A DNA stretch of 64,000 bases. It comes from a virus. This document shows, piece by piece, positions 10,402-20,067 of this stretch (the first letter of the stretch is position 1; each line of letters opens with the position of its first letter). A program made the translations under genes and the position numbers. The notes under the pieces were generated by a model, which had not been told where the DNA came from, ran no database searches, and saw only the letters and a list, made by a program, of their open reading frames with translations. The stretch spans positions 1-64,000 of IMG/VR virus record IMGVR_UViG_3300017991_004311; one strand, 5' to 3'.

Positions 10402-10558
10402 ATGAGCTGTGGCGCGTGATAGATGGGGAGCTTGACGGGCTGAGAAAGCGATGTCATGGCAAGCCCTGGGAGCACAAGGCCGAAGAGCTCGCCAAGTTCC
10501 TCATCCGCGTCGCCAAGCTGGCCTGGATGTACTACCGCAAGAAAAGGAGGCCGGAGAT

Positions 10559-10966
10559 ATGAAGGTTCTGGTAGCGGTTATTGCCGTCCTCGCGGTCCTC
10601 GCGACTCTCGCCTCCTCGGCGCAGGCGTTCTCCCTCCCGGACATCAAGAAAGGGCTGGCGCTCAAGACGATCGGGCGCTACAGCATCACCCCCACCATAG
10701 AAATAGAGCTCTACGAGTTCGACTTCCGCGATCTCAACTACGACTACGACCTCGGCTTCGTCAAGGGTGACTTCGACATCATCGGCGAGACGCTCGGTGA
10801 GTGGACCGTGGACGCGGGGATAGGGCATGATTTGGTGTTGGTCAGCCTCGACCGGACCATCGTTCCGGTCATCGAGCTCCAGGTCGGCGTGTTCGTCGGC
10901 TACGACTTCGACCGCTATGACGGCGGCTTCGAGGCCGGGTTCGGCATCAAGGGGATACTCTGGTGA
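10559..10966 (+). CDS. Exported small beta-barrel-like protein
   Basis: Signal peptide ending AQA, alternating hydrophobic strands, terminal Trp. Confidence 0.5.
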   Translation: MKVLVAVIAVLAVLATLASSAQAFSLPDIKKGLALKTIGRYSITPTIEIELYEFDFRDLNYDYDLGFVKGDFDIIGETLGEWTVDAGIGHDLVLVSLDRTIVPVIELQVGVFVGYDFDRYDGGFEAGFGIKGILW

Positions 10967-11424
10967 GCATCTCCGGGAAGAGCGAACCAGTGCCGGTCCC
11001 GGTCCCCGTGCCGTCCTCATTCCGCGACTGGCCGCCCCTGCTCCTCCTCACCGGTCTTGTGTGGGGGGAGGCGCGGGGGGAGCCGTGGATGGCGAAGCTC
11101 GGCGTCGCGTGGGTCGTGCGCAACCGCGTGGAGCGCGGCGGATGGTTCGGGGACGGGTGGGTCGCGATCATGGCCAAACCGTGGCAGTTCAGTTCCCTGC
11201 TGGAGGACGACCCGAACTCCGCGAAGATCAGGAACCCCCTGAAGCACGAGCCGTTCTCCGTGTGGCGCGAATGCCACCTGGCGGCCCTGCACGCGTTCCG
11301 CGGGGAAGGCACCGATCCCACCGCTGGCGCCACCCACTTCATCGATGACAGCATCAACCCGCCCGAATGGACCGGAAAGCTCATCTTTGCCTGCACCATC
11401 GGGCATCTCCTCTTTTACCGATAA
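10963..11424 (+). CDS. SleB/Hydrolase_2-family cell wall hydrolase (endolysin)
   Basis: WGEARGE, VVRNRV, WQFS, DPTAGATHF and IGHLLFY motifs. Confidence 0.9.
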   Translation: MSISGKSEPVPVPVPVPSSFRDWPPLLLLTGLVWGEARGEPWMAKLGVAWVVRNRVERGGWFGDGWVAIMAKPWQFSSLLEDDPNSAKIRNPLKHEPFSVWRECHLAALHAFRGEGTDPTAGATHFIDDSINPPEWTGKLIFACTIGHLLFYR

Positions 11425-11880
11425 ACCACCATGATTAGGCAGTAGTGGCACCTCAGCGTTTTGGTGTTAATAGTAATGTGGGCATTCGCAAAGCGAATGA
11501 AACATCACTGGAAGCGAATGCGACAGTGATGAAAAGCGTTTATTCCAATATTTAATGTTTTGAATTCCGCCATGGGAAAATAGTGGAGTTAAGGAGAGGT
11601 GCGCTTAGTCGAGACAAGGAGGAATCATGACCAACGAAGCTGAGATTTTAGCCAGGATATGGGGGGGGAGGGGGTGAATAAAGTGTGTGAGTGGAAGCAG
11701 AGAAAATATGGCCAGTGGGGCATTTCAATGGCAATGTCCTTTCTGTGGCCGCAAAATCAAGGAGGCACCGCATGACCAAGATACATCATGACCTAGTATG
11801 TACCCTGGTAGCCGCCGCCATAGGTGTCTTGCTGGTGATCATAGGGATCGCAACGGGGGCACCGGCTGCGGTTTTATCAC

Positions 11881-12789
11881 ATGTACCGACACTTTGACCT
11901 GTTCAGCGGTATCGGTGGATTTGCTTTGGCCGCTGGGTGGGCGGGATGGACTACGGTAGGATTCGCGGAGACGAACGACTATGCAAGCAGAGTGCTCAAA
12001 AAACACTGGCCCGATATCTCCAACTACGGCGACGTGCGCGACGTCCCGGCACAAACAGTTGAGCTTGTTACCGGAGGGTTCCCCTGCCAGCCGTTCAGTC
12101 AGGCCGGGAAGCGAAGAGGCGCGAAGGATGACCGTTACCTCTGGTCGGCAATGTTTACAGTTATCAAAAGATGTCGGCCCACTTGGGTGCTTGGTGAAAA
12201 CGTGCCTGGAATCATCAACATGGAACTCGACACAGTGCTTTTTGATTTGGAAGCCGAAGGCTACGCCACAAGGACGCTTGTTATACCGGCTTGTGCCGCG
12301 GACGCCTCGCACCGAAGGAACCGGGTCTGGATTGTGGCCTACCATAACAGCGCAGGACAGCGAGAACTGCGGTGGACCGAGTCAACAGCGCCGCAATACG
12401 AGGTCGCTCAATGCCGTAGTCAGAATATGGCCCACGCCGGTAGCCAACGATGCAACAGGCAGCCAATACACATACAACCAAGGCAACCACAAGAGCATAT
12501 CGCTGAAATTGCCAGGGGCAGTCAGAATGTGGCCCACACCGAAAACGCCCACGGGCGGGGGGCAGACGATACGGAACACACCGGGCGGGGGTATCAGGAA
12601 ACTAGAGGACAGGGTGAGCCAGGTGGAAGGATACAACACTGGCTCCCTGAACCCGACGTGGGTCGAGTGGCTGATGGGGTTTCCCACCGGGTGGACCGAC
12701 TTAGATGTTTAGGTAATGCAGTAGTGCCGCAAGTGGCATATCCGCTATTGCGGTGGATGAGAGAAATATTACAAGAGGAGGCACCATGA
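11881..12789 (+). CDS. C5-cytosine DNA methyltransferase, alpha chain (lacks motif IX)
   Basis: DLFSGIGG (I), GGFPCQPFS (IV), ENV (VI), HRRNRVW (VIII), LGNAVVP (X). Confidence 0.92.
   Translation: MYRHFDLFSGIGGFALAAGWAGWTTVGFAETNDYASRVLKKHWPDISNYGDVRDVPAQTVELVTGGFPCQPFSQAGKRRGAKDDRYLWSAMFTVIKRCRPTWVLGENVPGIINMELDTVLFDLEAEGYATRTLVIPACAADASHRRNRVWIVAYHNSAGQRELRWTESTAPQYEVAQCRSQNMAHAGSQRCNRQPIHIQPRQPQEHIAEIARGSQNVAHTENAHGRGADDTEHTGRGYQETRGQGEPGGRIQHWLPEPDVGRVADGVSHRVDRLRCLGNAVVPQVAYPLLRWMREILQEEAP
11981..12712 (+). CDS. Nested alternative-frame methyltransferase beta chain (M.EcoHK31I-beta-like); start uncertain
   Basis: Three WPT(P/I) repeats and terminal LNPTWVEWLMGFPTGWTD (motif IX-like), entirely inside the MTase gene in another frame. 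Confidence 0.75.
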   Translation: MQAECSKNTGPISPTTATCATSRHKQLSLLPEGSPASRSVRPGSEEARRMTVTSGRQCLQLSKDVGPLGCLVKTCLESSTWNSTQCFLIWKPKATPQGRLLYRLVPRTPRTEGTGSGLWPTITAQDSENCGGPSQQRRNTRSLNAVVRIWPTPVANDATGSQYTYNQGNHKSISLKLPGAVRMWPTPKTPTGGGQTIRNTPGGGIRKLEDRVSQVEGYNTGSLNPTWVEWLMGFPTGWTDLDV

Positions 12790-13274
12790 AGATACTTTAC
12801 GTAGGCCTGGTAGTAGCCGTGTTCCTGATAGGCACGGCGGGAATGGCGGCAGAGCCAGGGGCCCGGACCCCCACGGCGATGGGTTCCCACATCCCCACTG
12901 ACCCCAGTGACCCCCTGTGGCTCCGGGAGGTCCAGTTATCCGGGGGCGGGTTCAACGGGGCCTTTGCGGAGGGCGCGAGCACGCACCCGGTCAACCGGGC
13001 CGGGCTGAGTCTCGTGACCCGGATGGGATTCCTGGCAGGGTATCACGTAAGTGATATGCGGACCGGGGGACTCGAACTCGGACTATCCAACAGCGGCAAG
13101 CTCCGTCTCCAGGGGAGCGCGGTCTTTTGGGCCGATACCCCGCAGGGTGGACAGGGTACGAGCGCCCGGATCGGCGCAGGGTACCAGGGGAGCCCTGAGA
13201 GCCTGGCGGTAGGCCTGGACTACATGACCCTACAGGATTCGTGGGGTCTATGGATAGGGATACCAATTAGATGA
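12786..13274 (+). CDS. Exported protein, beta-strand-rich
   Basis: Signal peptide MKILYVGLVVAVFLIGTAGMA; ATGA overlap with the MTase stop. Confidence 0.55.
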   Translation: MKILYVGLVVAVFLIGTAGMAAEPGARTPTAMGSHIPTDPSDPLWLREVQLSGGGFNGAFAEGASTHPVNRAGLSLVTRMGFLAGYHVSDMRTGGLELGLSNSGKLRLQGSAVFWADTPQGGQGTSARIGAGYQGSPESLAVGLDYMTLQDSWGLWIGIPIR

Positions 13275-13280
13275 GGATAC

Positions 13281-13423
13281 GCCCCCGCTGTGGCGTTCTG
13301 GTGAAAACGCTACGTTCGGGAAGACTATCAGGGACCATTAGGCTGAAAACGTGCACGAAGTAAGCCGAACGCTCGGAGCCGTAATCGGTAGTCAACCAGG
13401 TTCGAATTCTGGCAGCGGGGGCA
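13281..13423 (+). ncRNA. tRNA-like RNA with large insert (copy A)
   Basis: 10-bp terminal stem GCCCCCGCTG/CAGCGGGGGC, D-arm GCGTT/AACGC, T-arm CCAGG-TTCGAAT-TCTGG. Confidence 0.7.
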
Positions 13424-13609
13424 TCACAAGGAGGGGAGGATGAAACTAAGGTTATTTTTGCGGTGGACCTTTTCGGACAGTGAGGGGGTAAATAGTGGTT
13501 GTGACGATAAAACAGTGGTTGTGGATGTACCTGAATACCGTGCCCCCTGGGCGATACGTCAAGGCTATCGTTACACTGTTATTGGCGGTGAATGGTTGGA
13601 GGAGGAACC

Positions 13610-14070
13610 ATGACTGACTTCGAGAAGGCCAAAAGATTTACACCATCCTCACAAGCTGGGGGTGGGTGTGGGAGCCGAGGGAAAAGGACATAGTTGTAGA
13701 AGAACCCGAGCTTACGGAAGGGACCATATCTGATGTAAAACGCGGTGGGATATGGATGTATTGGTTGGACGATGGGCCGAGTTTTGTAAGACCAGAAGAT
13801 TGTATTCCCATCCTCCGCTTCCAGCAGCTCGTGGAGGCGGTTGTGGAGATGGGATACGAGGTCAAGTATTCTGGAACCGTAGACCCTGATTTCCAGGAGC
13901 TGACGGGAACTCAGGTCATCATTACGAACCTTACTCGTGACGAGCAAGGCTGTGAAGTGGGACGGAAAATAATAGCTGTTGGTGAATCCCCCACCTTCCA
14001 AGCCGCCATAGAAGCGGCGATCCTGAAAATGGGGGAAAAGGAGGCATCCGATGGACCTGAAGGAAATTGA
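13610..14070 (+). pseudogene. Hypothetical gene with apparent frameshift in an A run near 13631
   Basis: The ATG 13610 with strong RBS is out of frame with ORF 13666-14070. One extra A would give MTDFEKAKKIYTILTSWGWVWEP. Confidence 0.45.
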
Positions 14071-14401
14071 AGCGCAGCGGCAAGAACGGTTGGCAAAAGA
14101 AAGAGAGGTTGAAGAGAGTTTGCACGGGACGCCTAATCCGAAGGATTGGTATTATCGGCAGGAACATATTGGGCGCATCGCTGAGTTGGAATGGATAGGA
14201 ACCGTGTTGCATCAGCTTCGCCAGGAGTTGGAGGGAATACGCCCTGATTTATTTCGGCAGGTTCAGAATAAGAGATTGAGTCGTTCTGAACAATGGAAGT
14301 TAAATGAATTATTAAACCGCGTTCTCGGCGACAGGGAAGAACAAGACGCTCTCCACCGAGAGTACACGCCGCGTACCTACCCGGCACCGGAGGGGGGATG
14401 A
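14051..14401 (+). CDS. Hypothetical protein
   Basis: RBS GGAGG; helical and charged. Confidence 0.55.
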   Translation: MDLKEIEAQRQERLAKEREVEESLHGTPNPKDWYYRQEHIGRIAELEWIGTVLHQLRQELEGIRPDLFRQVQNKRLSRSEQWKLNELLNRVLGDREEQDALHREYTPRTYPAPEGG

Positions 14402-14668
14402 TGTTGTATTACGGGCAGGTATGTTGTTTGCGAGCCACTGGCTTGCGGACTAAACAAGGAGCTTTGTTGCTATATGACCCGGCGGAATGGGACTGGTACG
14501 AAGAGGATATACAAAACAAGAAGATAATATATCCCATAATTTCATGACCCACACTATCCCGATCCGTCTCCGCCCTAAGGCCCGCCCCCGCCGTGGCAAG
14601 GGGGGTCACTACTACACCCCGGATACCGGGGGGATTGCGCATTTCTTAATAAATACCCGGAGGGGAAG

Positions 14669-16045
14669 ATGTTGCTGAAGGTGAGGGAGAGATGGACGAA
14701 GGTGTTCGGCATTCCCGGGAACACCGAGGATATCCTCGACAGGGCGTTGGCGCGCCGGGAGCCGAATTACTGGCACAGCTACAAGTACAAGCAGGGTACT
14801 TGGGACGGATGGCGCCATTTCTATTTCAGGAAATGGCACGGGTTCCCGACCGGACTCCTGCCGATGGTGGTCAAGCTCCTGGACTCGCTGAACGCCCGGT
14901 ACGAGATCGCCGACCAGTGCCAGGTCATCCCGAGGGACCAGTGGCATCCGCTCCGCCTGCGCGGGATAGAGCTGCGCGATTTCCAGCGGGATACGGTGCA
15001 TGCGGCACTGGAGCGCAAGCGCGGTATCCTGTTCCACGCCACGAACGCGGGCAAGACCGAGAGCGCATGCGGCATCATCCAAACGCTCCATGCACCCACG
15101 CTCTGGGTCACCCACCGTCGCAGCCTCATGCACCAGACGGCCGCGCGCTTGCTGGAGCGGATACCGGACATCACCGTCTCGCGCTACGGTGACGGTCTCA
15201 AGGAGGATGAGGGGACGGTTGTGGTCGCCGTGGTCAACTCCCTCGTCCGCCACCGTGACCTGAAGGGGTTCCTGAAGCGCTTCCGCGTCCTGGTGGTCGA
15301 CGAATGCCACCACCTGGGCGGGAGCACGAAAACATTTTATAAGGTAGCGATGCAGTGCGACGCCTCCTACCGCTACGGTCTCTCCGGGTCGGCCATCCAA
15401 GGGAAGGCGATCGAGGATATGCGGCTCATCGCCTGCCTCGGCCCCGTGATCTCGGAGGTCACGAACCGCGAGCTCATCGACAGGGGGATATCGGCGGAGC
15501 CCCGCATCGTGGCGTTCGGCGTCACCGAACCGGAGGGGGCGCGGTCGTTGGGCTACGAGGACGCCTACGCCCGCGCCGTCGTGGAGAACAGGACCAGGAA
15601 CTCGCTCGTGGTGAGGCGCATCAGGGAATTGGGGGTGCAGGCGTTGGTGATCGTGCGCCTCATCCGCCACGGCGAGCTCCTGGAGGCGATGCTCCGGGAC
15701 GCCGGGGTCGACGCGCGCTTCGTGAGCGGGGAGACGAGCAGCGCGGACCTGTCGGTCGCCCTGGAGGAGTTCCGCGACGGGGCAATCGACACGCTCGTGA
15801 GCACGAACATCTTCAACGAGGGGATCGACGTGCCCGCGATCCGCCATGTCGCCATCGCCGCCGGGGGCAAGTCCTACGTCGAAATCCTGCAGCGGATCGG
15901 ACGGGGACTGAGGCGCAAGGAGGGGGAGAACGTGCTCCACGTGACCGACTTCCGCGATTTGGCGAACCGGTACCTGAGGGAACACTCGGAGGTGCGCATG
16001 GCCGAGTACGAGCGCCAGGGGTTCACGGTGGAAGACGGTGGTTGA
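14669..16045 (+). CDS. SF2 DEAD/DEAH helicase (UvsW-like)
   Basis: ATNAGKT, VVDECHH, GLSGS and QRIGRGLR motifs. Confidence 0.93.
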   Translation: MLLKVRERWTKVFGIPGNTEDILDRALARREPNYWHSYKYKQGTWDGWRHFYFRKWHGFPTGLLPMVVKLLDSLNARYEIADQCQVIPRDQWHPLRLRGIELRDFQRDTVHAALERKRGILFHATNAGKTESACGIIQTLHAPTLWVTHRRSLMHQTAARLLERIPDITVSRYGDGLKEDEGTVVVAVVNSLVRHRDLKGFLKRFRVLVVDECHHLGGSTKTFYKVAMQCDASYRYGLSGSAIQGKAIEDMRLIACLGPVISEVTNRELIDRGISAEPRIVAFGVTEPEGARSLGYEDAYARAVVENRTRNSLVVRRIRELGVQALVIVRLIRHGELLEAMLRDAGVDARFVSGETSSADLSVALEEFRDGAIDTLVSTNIFNEGIDVPAIRHVAIAAGGKSYVEILQRIGRGLRRKEGENVLHVTDFRDLANRYLREHSEVRMAEYERQGFTVEDGG

Positions 16046-16197
16046 CACGGGCCTGAGGACCAGGGACGGGCATCCGGTTCTCTACTCCGACATGACGGGT
16101 GAGTTCTACGAGCGGTGCGACGAGCATGGGGGCACTATGTTGATCCAGAGATCGGAGATGTGCTGAGGATCGGGAATCGGTGTTAATACAAGGTGCT

Positions 16198-16725
16198 ATG
16201 GGTGAAACGATAGAGAGGGAACCGAGGCGGACCCCGAGGCAGGGGCAGGTCGAGTTGGCCAAGGCGAGATACCGGCGCAGTTTTTATCCACGCGCCGACT
16301 TCTCCCGGTTTACAGCGCGCCAGCTCCGCGTGCTCGATCTGGGAATACTCTACCAGCGCGTGCGGAGGGAGCGCACGGGGCAGGCATTCTACACCGTGTT
16401 CTATCCGGCGCGGAGCGATCCGAGGAGGACCACGAACTGGAAGCACATCTCGGCCGCACTCGCGATCGTCGATGACAACGGCTACGATTGGACCGGGTTC
16501 ATCGTGGCGCAGTTCGAGGAGCTGGAGGGGTTCGCGAGGTGCCCGCTCCCGGCCCCCCGGAACATCAGCTCATCGGGGGCGATCGACCGATACGACCGGT
16601 GGTCGATGCGCGAGCGCCAGAAGGGACTGGGATCGCGGCCATTGACGCGCGGAGAGAAGGAGCGGGAGCGGAGGGAGGACGGGGAGTACGCGAGGAACGT
16701 TATTCGGAAAGCGAATGGAAAATAA
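16198..16725 (+). CDS. Hypothetical replication-associated protein
   Basis: ORF between two helicases, downstream of a GGTGTTAATA motif. Confidence 0.55.
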   Translation: MGETIEREPRRTPRQGQVELAKARYRRSFYPRADFSRFTARQLRVLDLGILYQRVRRERTGQAFYTVFYPARSDPRRTTNWKHISAALAIVDDNGYDWTGFIVAQFEELEGFARCPLPAPRNISSSGAIDRYDRWSMRERQKGLGSRPLTRGEKERERREDGEYARNVIRKANGK

Positions 16726-16935
16726 AACTCGCATTGGGGTACCAAATAGCGCCGATATCGTATAGTGTAATACTATTATATTATATAGTGTTTTTGGTGG
16801 CCTTATTCGCGATTTTTTTGTCAAGCCAGTCCTGCGTTTCAGCGATTTTGGCGATTTTTTGAAGAAAATTGCGAAAAAAGAAAGGATGAATTGTGAAATG
16901 CTTGCCTACAAAGGGTTTCAAGGGATGAGAATTTA
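16717..16935. repeat. AT-rich direct repeat copy 1 flanking the helicase gene
   Basis: About 143 bp nearly identical to 18319-18461, with weaker similarity continuing beyond. Confidence 0.92.
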
Positions 16936-16961
16936 TGACAACTTTATTCTGAAGGTGAAAA

Positions 16962-18278
16962 ATGTCTGACCACTATCCCTTTGACGTACATTTCCAGCGC
17001 ATCCTGATCGCGTTGGTGTTCAGGCGTCGCGGGTTCCTGCGCCAGTTCCGCGAGGTGCTGGCCCCGGCGCGTTTCTCCAAGATCGTGCACGGGGTCATCA
17101 TGGAAGTTACCAATGACCTCCATGACCGTTTCGGGAGCGCGACCCCGGAGATGGTCCTGCAGGAGATACGGCGCCTGGCGGGCTCCCCCTCCCTGCGGAG
17201 CATCGACCCGACGGTCTACGAGCGCGAGGTCAGGCGCATCGAATCCCTCGACTGCGGCGACGAGGCGGACTACACGCGGGAACTCCTGGTGGCGTTCGCC
17301 CGGAGGCAGGCGCTCGCCGCGTTCGTGCAGCGCGCGGCCGACACCGCCGAACAGGGGCCGACCTCTGAGGACTACGATCGCATGGGGCGCGAGTACGACC
17401 GCATCATCCAGATAGGGCACGACATCACGGACACGGGGACGTGGTTCTTCCGGGACGCGAGGGAGTGGCTCCGCCGCCATGAGCGGGTCAGGGAGGGGCG
17501 GGTGCTGACCATGATCCGACGCCTCGACGAGAAGACGCACGGGCTCGGCGCGGGCGAGGTCGGCGTCATCCTCGGGTTCAAGGGGAGGGGGAAGACGGCG
17601 ACGCTGGTGAACCTGTCCGCCGCCGCCATCTTCCAGCGCAAGCGGATCGTCTACTACACCGTGGGGGACCAGGAGGAGACGTACATCAACGCCCGCCTCG
17701 CCGCGCGCGTCTCCGGGTCCCCCGCGAACGAGATCAGCGATCACGAAGGGCAGCTCCTCCGGAAACTGGAGGAAGTGCATTCGATGTTCCGGGGTGATTT
17801 CGTGTGCAAGTTCTTCGTTCCCGGAACCACGGTGCGCCAGCTCGACGCCCACCTGACCACCCTGGAGGGGCTGGGGTACGTGCCCGACATGGTGGTCGTC
17901 GACTACGGGGACCAGCTCGCCCCCGGGAGGAGTCGGGGGAGCGGATGGGAGGACCAGCAGGCGGCCTACAACGAGCTCATCGCCCTGGCGGGGGAGCGTC
18001 GGGTGGCGTTGTGGACCGCCTCGCAGATAGGCCGGAGCCAGGGGGACAAGGCGGTGGTGGGCTTGGAGGATGCGGCATATTCCTTCGCGAAGCTGGCGGG
18101 GGTGCATCTGGTGCTCTCGCTCTCGCAGCTCCCGGAGGAGCGCAGGCGCGACCAGATGCGGATCGTGGTCGCGCACCAGCGCCACGGGCCGGCGGGGGGC
18201 GCGGTCCTGGTGGACTACGACTGGGACCGGATGCTGGTTCAGGCGGCGCGGGAGGGGAACGAGGATGTCACCGGATGA
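16962..18278 (+). CDS. Replicative DnaB/gp41-like (SF4) helicase
   Basis: Walker A GFKGRGKT, VVVDYGD, LWTASQ and QRHGP motifs. Confidence 0.9.
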   Translation: MSDHYPFDVHFQRILIALVFRRRGFLRQFREVLAPARFSKIVHGVIMEVTNDLHDRFGSATPEMVLQEIRRLAGSPSLRSIDPTVYEREVRRIESLDCGDEADYTRELLVAFARRQALAAFVQRAADTAEQGPTSEDYDRMGREYDRIIQIGHDITDTGTWFFRDAREWLRRHERVREGRVLTMIRRLDEKTHGLGAGEVGVILGFKGRGKTATLVNLSAAAIFQRKRIVYYTVGDQEETYINARLAARVSGSPANEISDHEGQLLRKLEEVHSMFRGDFVCKFFVPGTTVRQLDAHLTTLEGLGYVPDMVVVDYGDQLAPGRSRGSGWEDQQAAYNELIALAGERRVALWTASQIGRSQGDKAVVGLEDAAYSFAKLAGVHLVLSLSQLPEERRRDQMRIVVAHQRHGPAGGAVLVDYDWDRMLVQAAREGNEDVTG

Positions 18279-18318
18279 TGTTTGGCTGCGTTCTGAGGCA
18301 AAATTAATTTATAGGGGC

Positions 18319-18537
18319 GGAAAATAAAACCCGCATTGGGGCACCAAATAGCGCCGATATCGTATAGTGTAATACTATTATATTATATAGTGTTTTTGAT
18401 AGCCTTATTCGCGATTTTTTTGTCAAGCCAGTTCTACGTTTCAGCGATTTTGGCGATTTTTGCGGCAAGATCGGAACCACAAGGGAAACGTGATTCTGAA
18501 ACCCTTGCCTATACAGGGTTTCGGGGGATAAGGATTG
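18319..18537. repeat. AT-rich direct repeat copy 2
   Basis: Matches 16717 onward at an offset of 1602 bp; includes hairpin GAAACCCT/AGGGTTTC. Confidence 0.92.
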
Positions 18538-18571
18538 CATCATAAAAGCATGTGTTCACCGGATAACGCCT

Positions 18572-19459
18572 ATGAACCTGCGCCAGGCGCTTGAGCGTTT
18601 CGGTCCGGTCACGGAGCACGGCGACGAGTTCCTGACCACATGCCCGGAATGCCGGAAGGCACAGCATTTCTATGTCAACCGTAGGAAACTGAAGGGCTAT
18701 TGCCAGCGGTGCGGATACCGCGTCGGCCCCCGTTGGATCGGCAGATTGCTCGGTGGGGATCTGGACGAGACCACCGAGGACCGCATCCGGGAATTGTTGC
18801 GTAACGATCGTGCCGGCACGGACGCGCTCGCCCTCCCGGATGAGACCGGTTACGATTTCGGCACCAGGACCGGTAGGTGTGCTCTGCGCTATTGGATGAA
18901 GCGCGGGTTGAGTACTGGGCAGCTTGAATCCTACCGTGTCGGCTATTGCGCTTCGGGCAGGTACGAGGGGAGGCTCATCATCCCGGTCTACGAGCGCGGC
19001 GAGCTCGTCTATTTCCAGGCGCGCAGTTTCGGCGTGATGTTCCCCCCGTACCTGAACCCGCCGAGGGGGCGGGGAAGGGGCAAGTCGGAGGTCGTGTTCA
19101 ACCTCGACAGCGCGTCGGGGACGGGCACGGCGGTCGTCACCGAGGGCGTGTTCGACGCCATGGCGGTCGGCCCCTCCGGAGTATCGCTTTTCGGCAAGTT
19201 CGCCAGCGGAGCGCAGTTGGGAAAACTGGCGGAGCGCGGCCTCTCCGAGGTCTATGTCATGCTCGATTCGGAGGAAAAGGATCCCGATATTCCCCATCAG
19301 GCACGGGCGCTCGCCCGGCAACTCGCTTCCTACCTTTTGGACGTCACCGTCCGCGTGTGCAGGCTCCCGCACGGCGATCCTGGTTCGTCGTCACGCGAAG
19401 ACATCTCTCGGGCCCTCGCGCGCGCCACCCCCTTGACACTTTGTGATATTGTGCTATAA
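18572..19459 (+). CDS. DNA primase (Zn finger plus TOPRIM)
   Basis: CPEC...CQRC, GRLIIP, VTEGVFDAM and MLDSE motifs. Confidence 0.92.
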   Translation: MNLRQALERFGPVTEHGDEFLTTCPECRKAQHFYVNRRKLKGYCQRCGYRVGPRWIGRLLGGDLDETTEDRIRELLRNDRAGTDALALPDETGYDFGTRTGRCALRYWMKRGLSTGQLESYRVGYCASGRYEGRLIIPVYERGELVYFQARSFGVMFPPYLNPPRGRGRGKSEVVFNLDSASGTGTAVVTEGVFDAMAVGPSGVSLFGKFASGAQLGKLAERGLSEVYVMLDSEEKDPDIPHQARALARQLASYLLDVTVRVCRLPHGDPGSSSREDISRALARATPLTLCDIVL

Positions 19460-19498
19460 TATATAGTGTAATACCATCAAGAGAGAAGGAGAGAGAAG
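19433..19498 (+). promoter_or_regulatory. Sigma70-type promoter/leader cassette copy 1
   Basis: TTGACA-16-TATAAT with TGn extension, followed by AAGGAG RBS. Confidence 0.85.
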
Positions 19499-20035
19499 AT
19501 GACCGAGACCACCATCACCCCGGAAGTTCTGAAAGCCATCGGGGGCAGCGAGTGGGAAAAGTACGGGAAACGCCGGGTATATTTCAATAATTCGGCAAAG
19601 TGGTACGGCCTGAAAGTCACCCGGAATCTCGGCGGGGGCATCGGCGCAGCCTCCCTTGACGGGGAAAAGATCAGCAAGAGCAACGCCAGCCGGATCATCG
19701 CTCTCATCGGAACCGTGTATTACGATTTCCAGGACCAGTCTTTCCATACTACCGGCGACAAAGAGTATGGAGAGCGAATCATCAATGCCATCAAGAGTCA
19801 ACTGAAGGAAGCGACACAGGAAGAGACAGAGCAGCAGACGGCGACCATCAGCCAAAAGGGGCCGGTGGAAGCGGACTTGGTGGGGCTGGCAGGAGGTAGA
19901 GTGATCGGCGGTTATGTCTTCAAGCCCGATGCGAAGCCTGATAACATCGGACGCTGTGCCCGTTGCGGCCGGCCGGCGCCGTGGATCACGGGAGCGGGGG
20001 AGCATCTGTGTCATCGACATCAGGACGACTACTAA
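19499..20035 (+). CDS. Early hypothetical protein (N-domain paralogous to 45765-46391)
   Basis: Shared LKAIGGSEW..K.R.YFN...KWYGL...LDG..IS.S.A motif. Confidence 0.75.
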   Translation: MTETTITPEVLKAIGGSEWEKYGKRRVYFNNSAKWYGLKVTRNLGGGIGAASLDGEKISKSNASRIIALIGTVYYDFQDQSFHTTGDKEYGERIINAIKSQLKEATQEETEQQTATISQKGPVEADLVGLAGGRVIGGYVFKPDAKPDNIGRCARCGRPAPWITGAGEHLCHRHQDDY

Positions 20036-20067
20036 TCCTCTCTCGGGCCCTCACATGCGCCACCCCC

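Noticed and set aside
16488-18545. Small ORFs 16488-16862 and 18336-18545 reading through the AT-rich repeats
   Set aside because: They lack convincing starts, and their similarity is explained by the DNA repeat.
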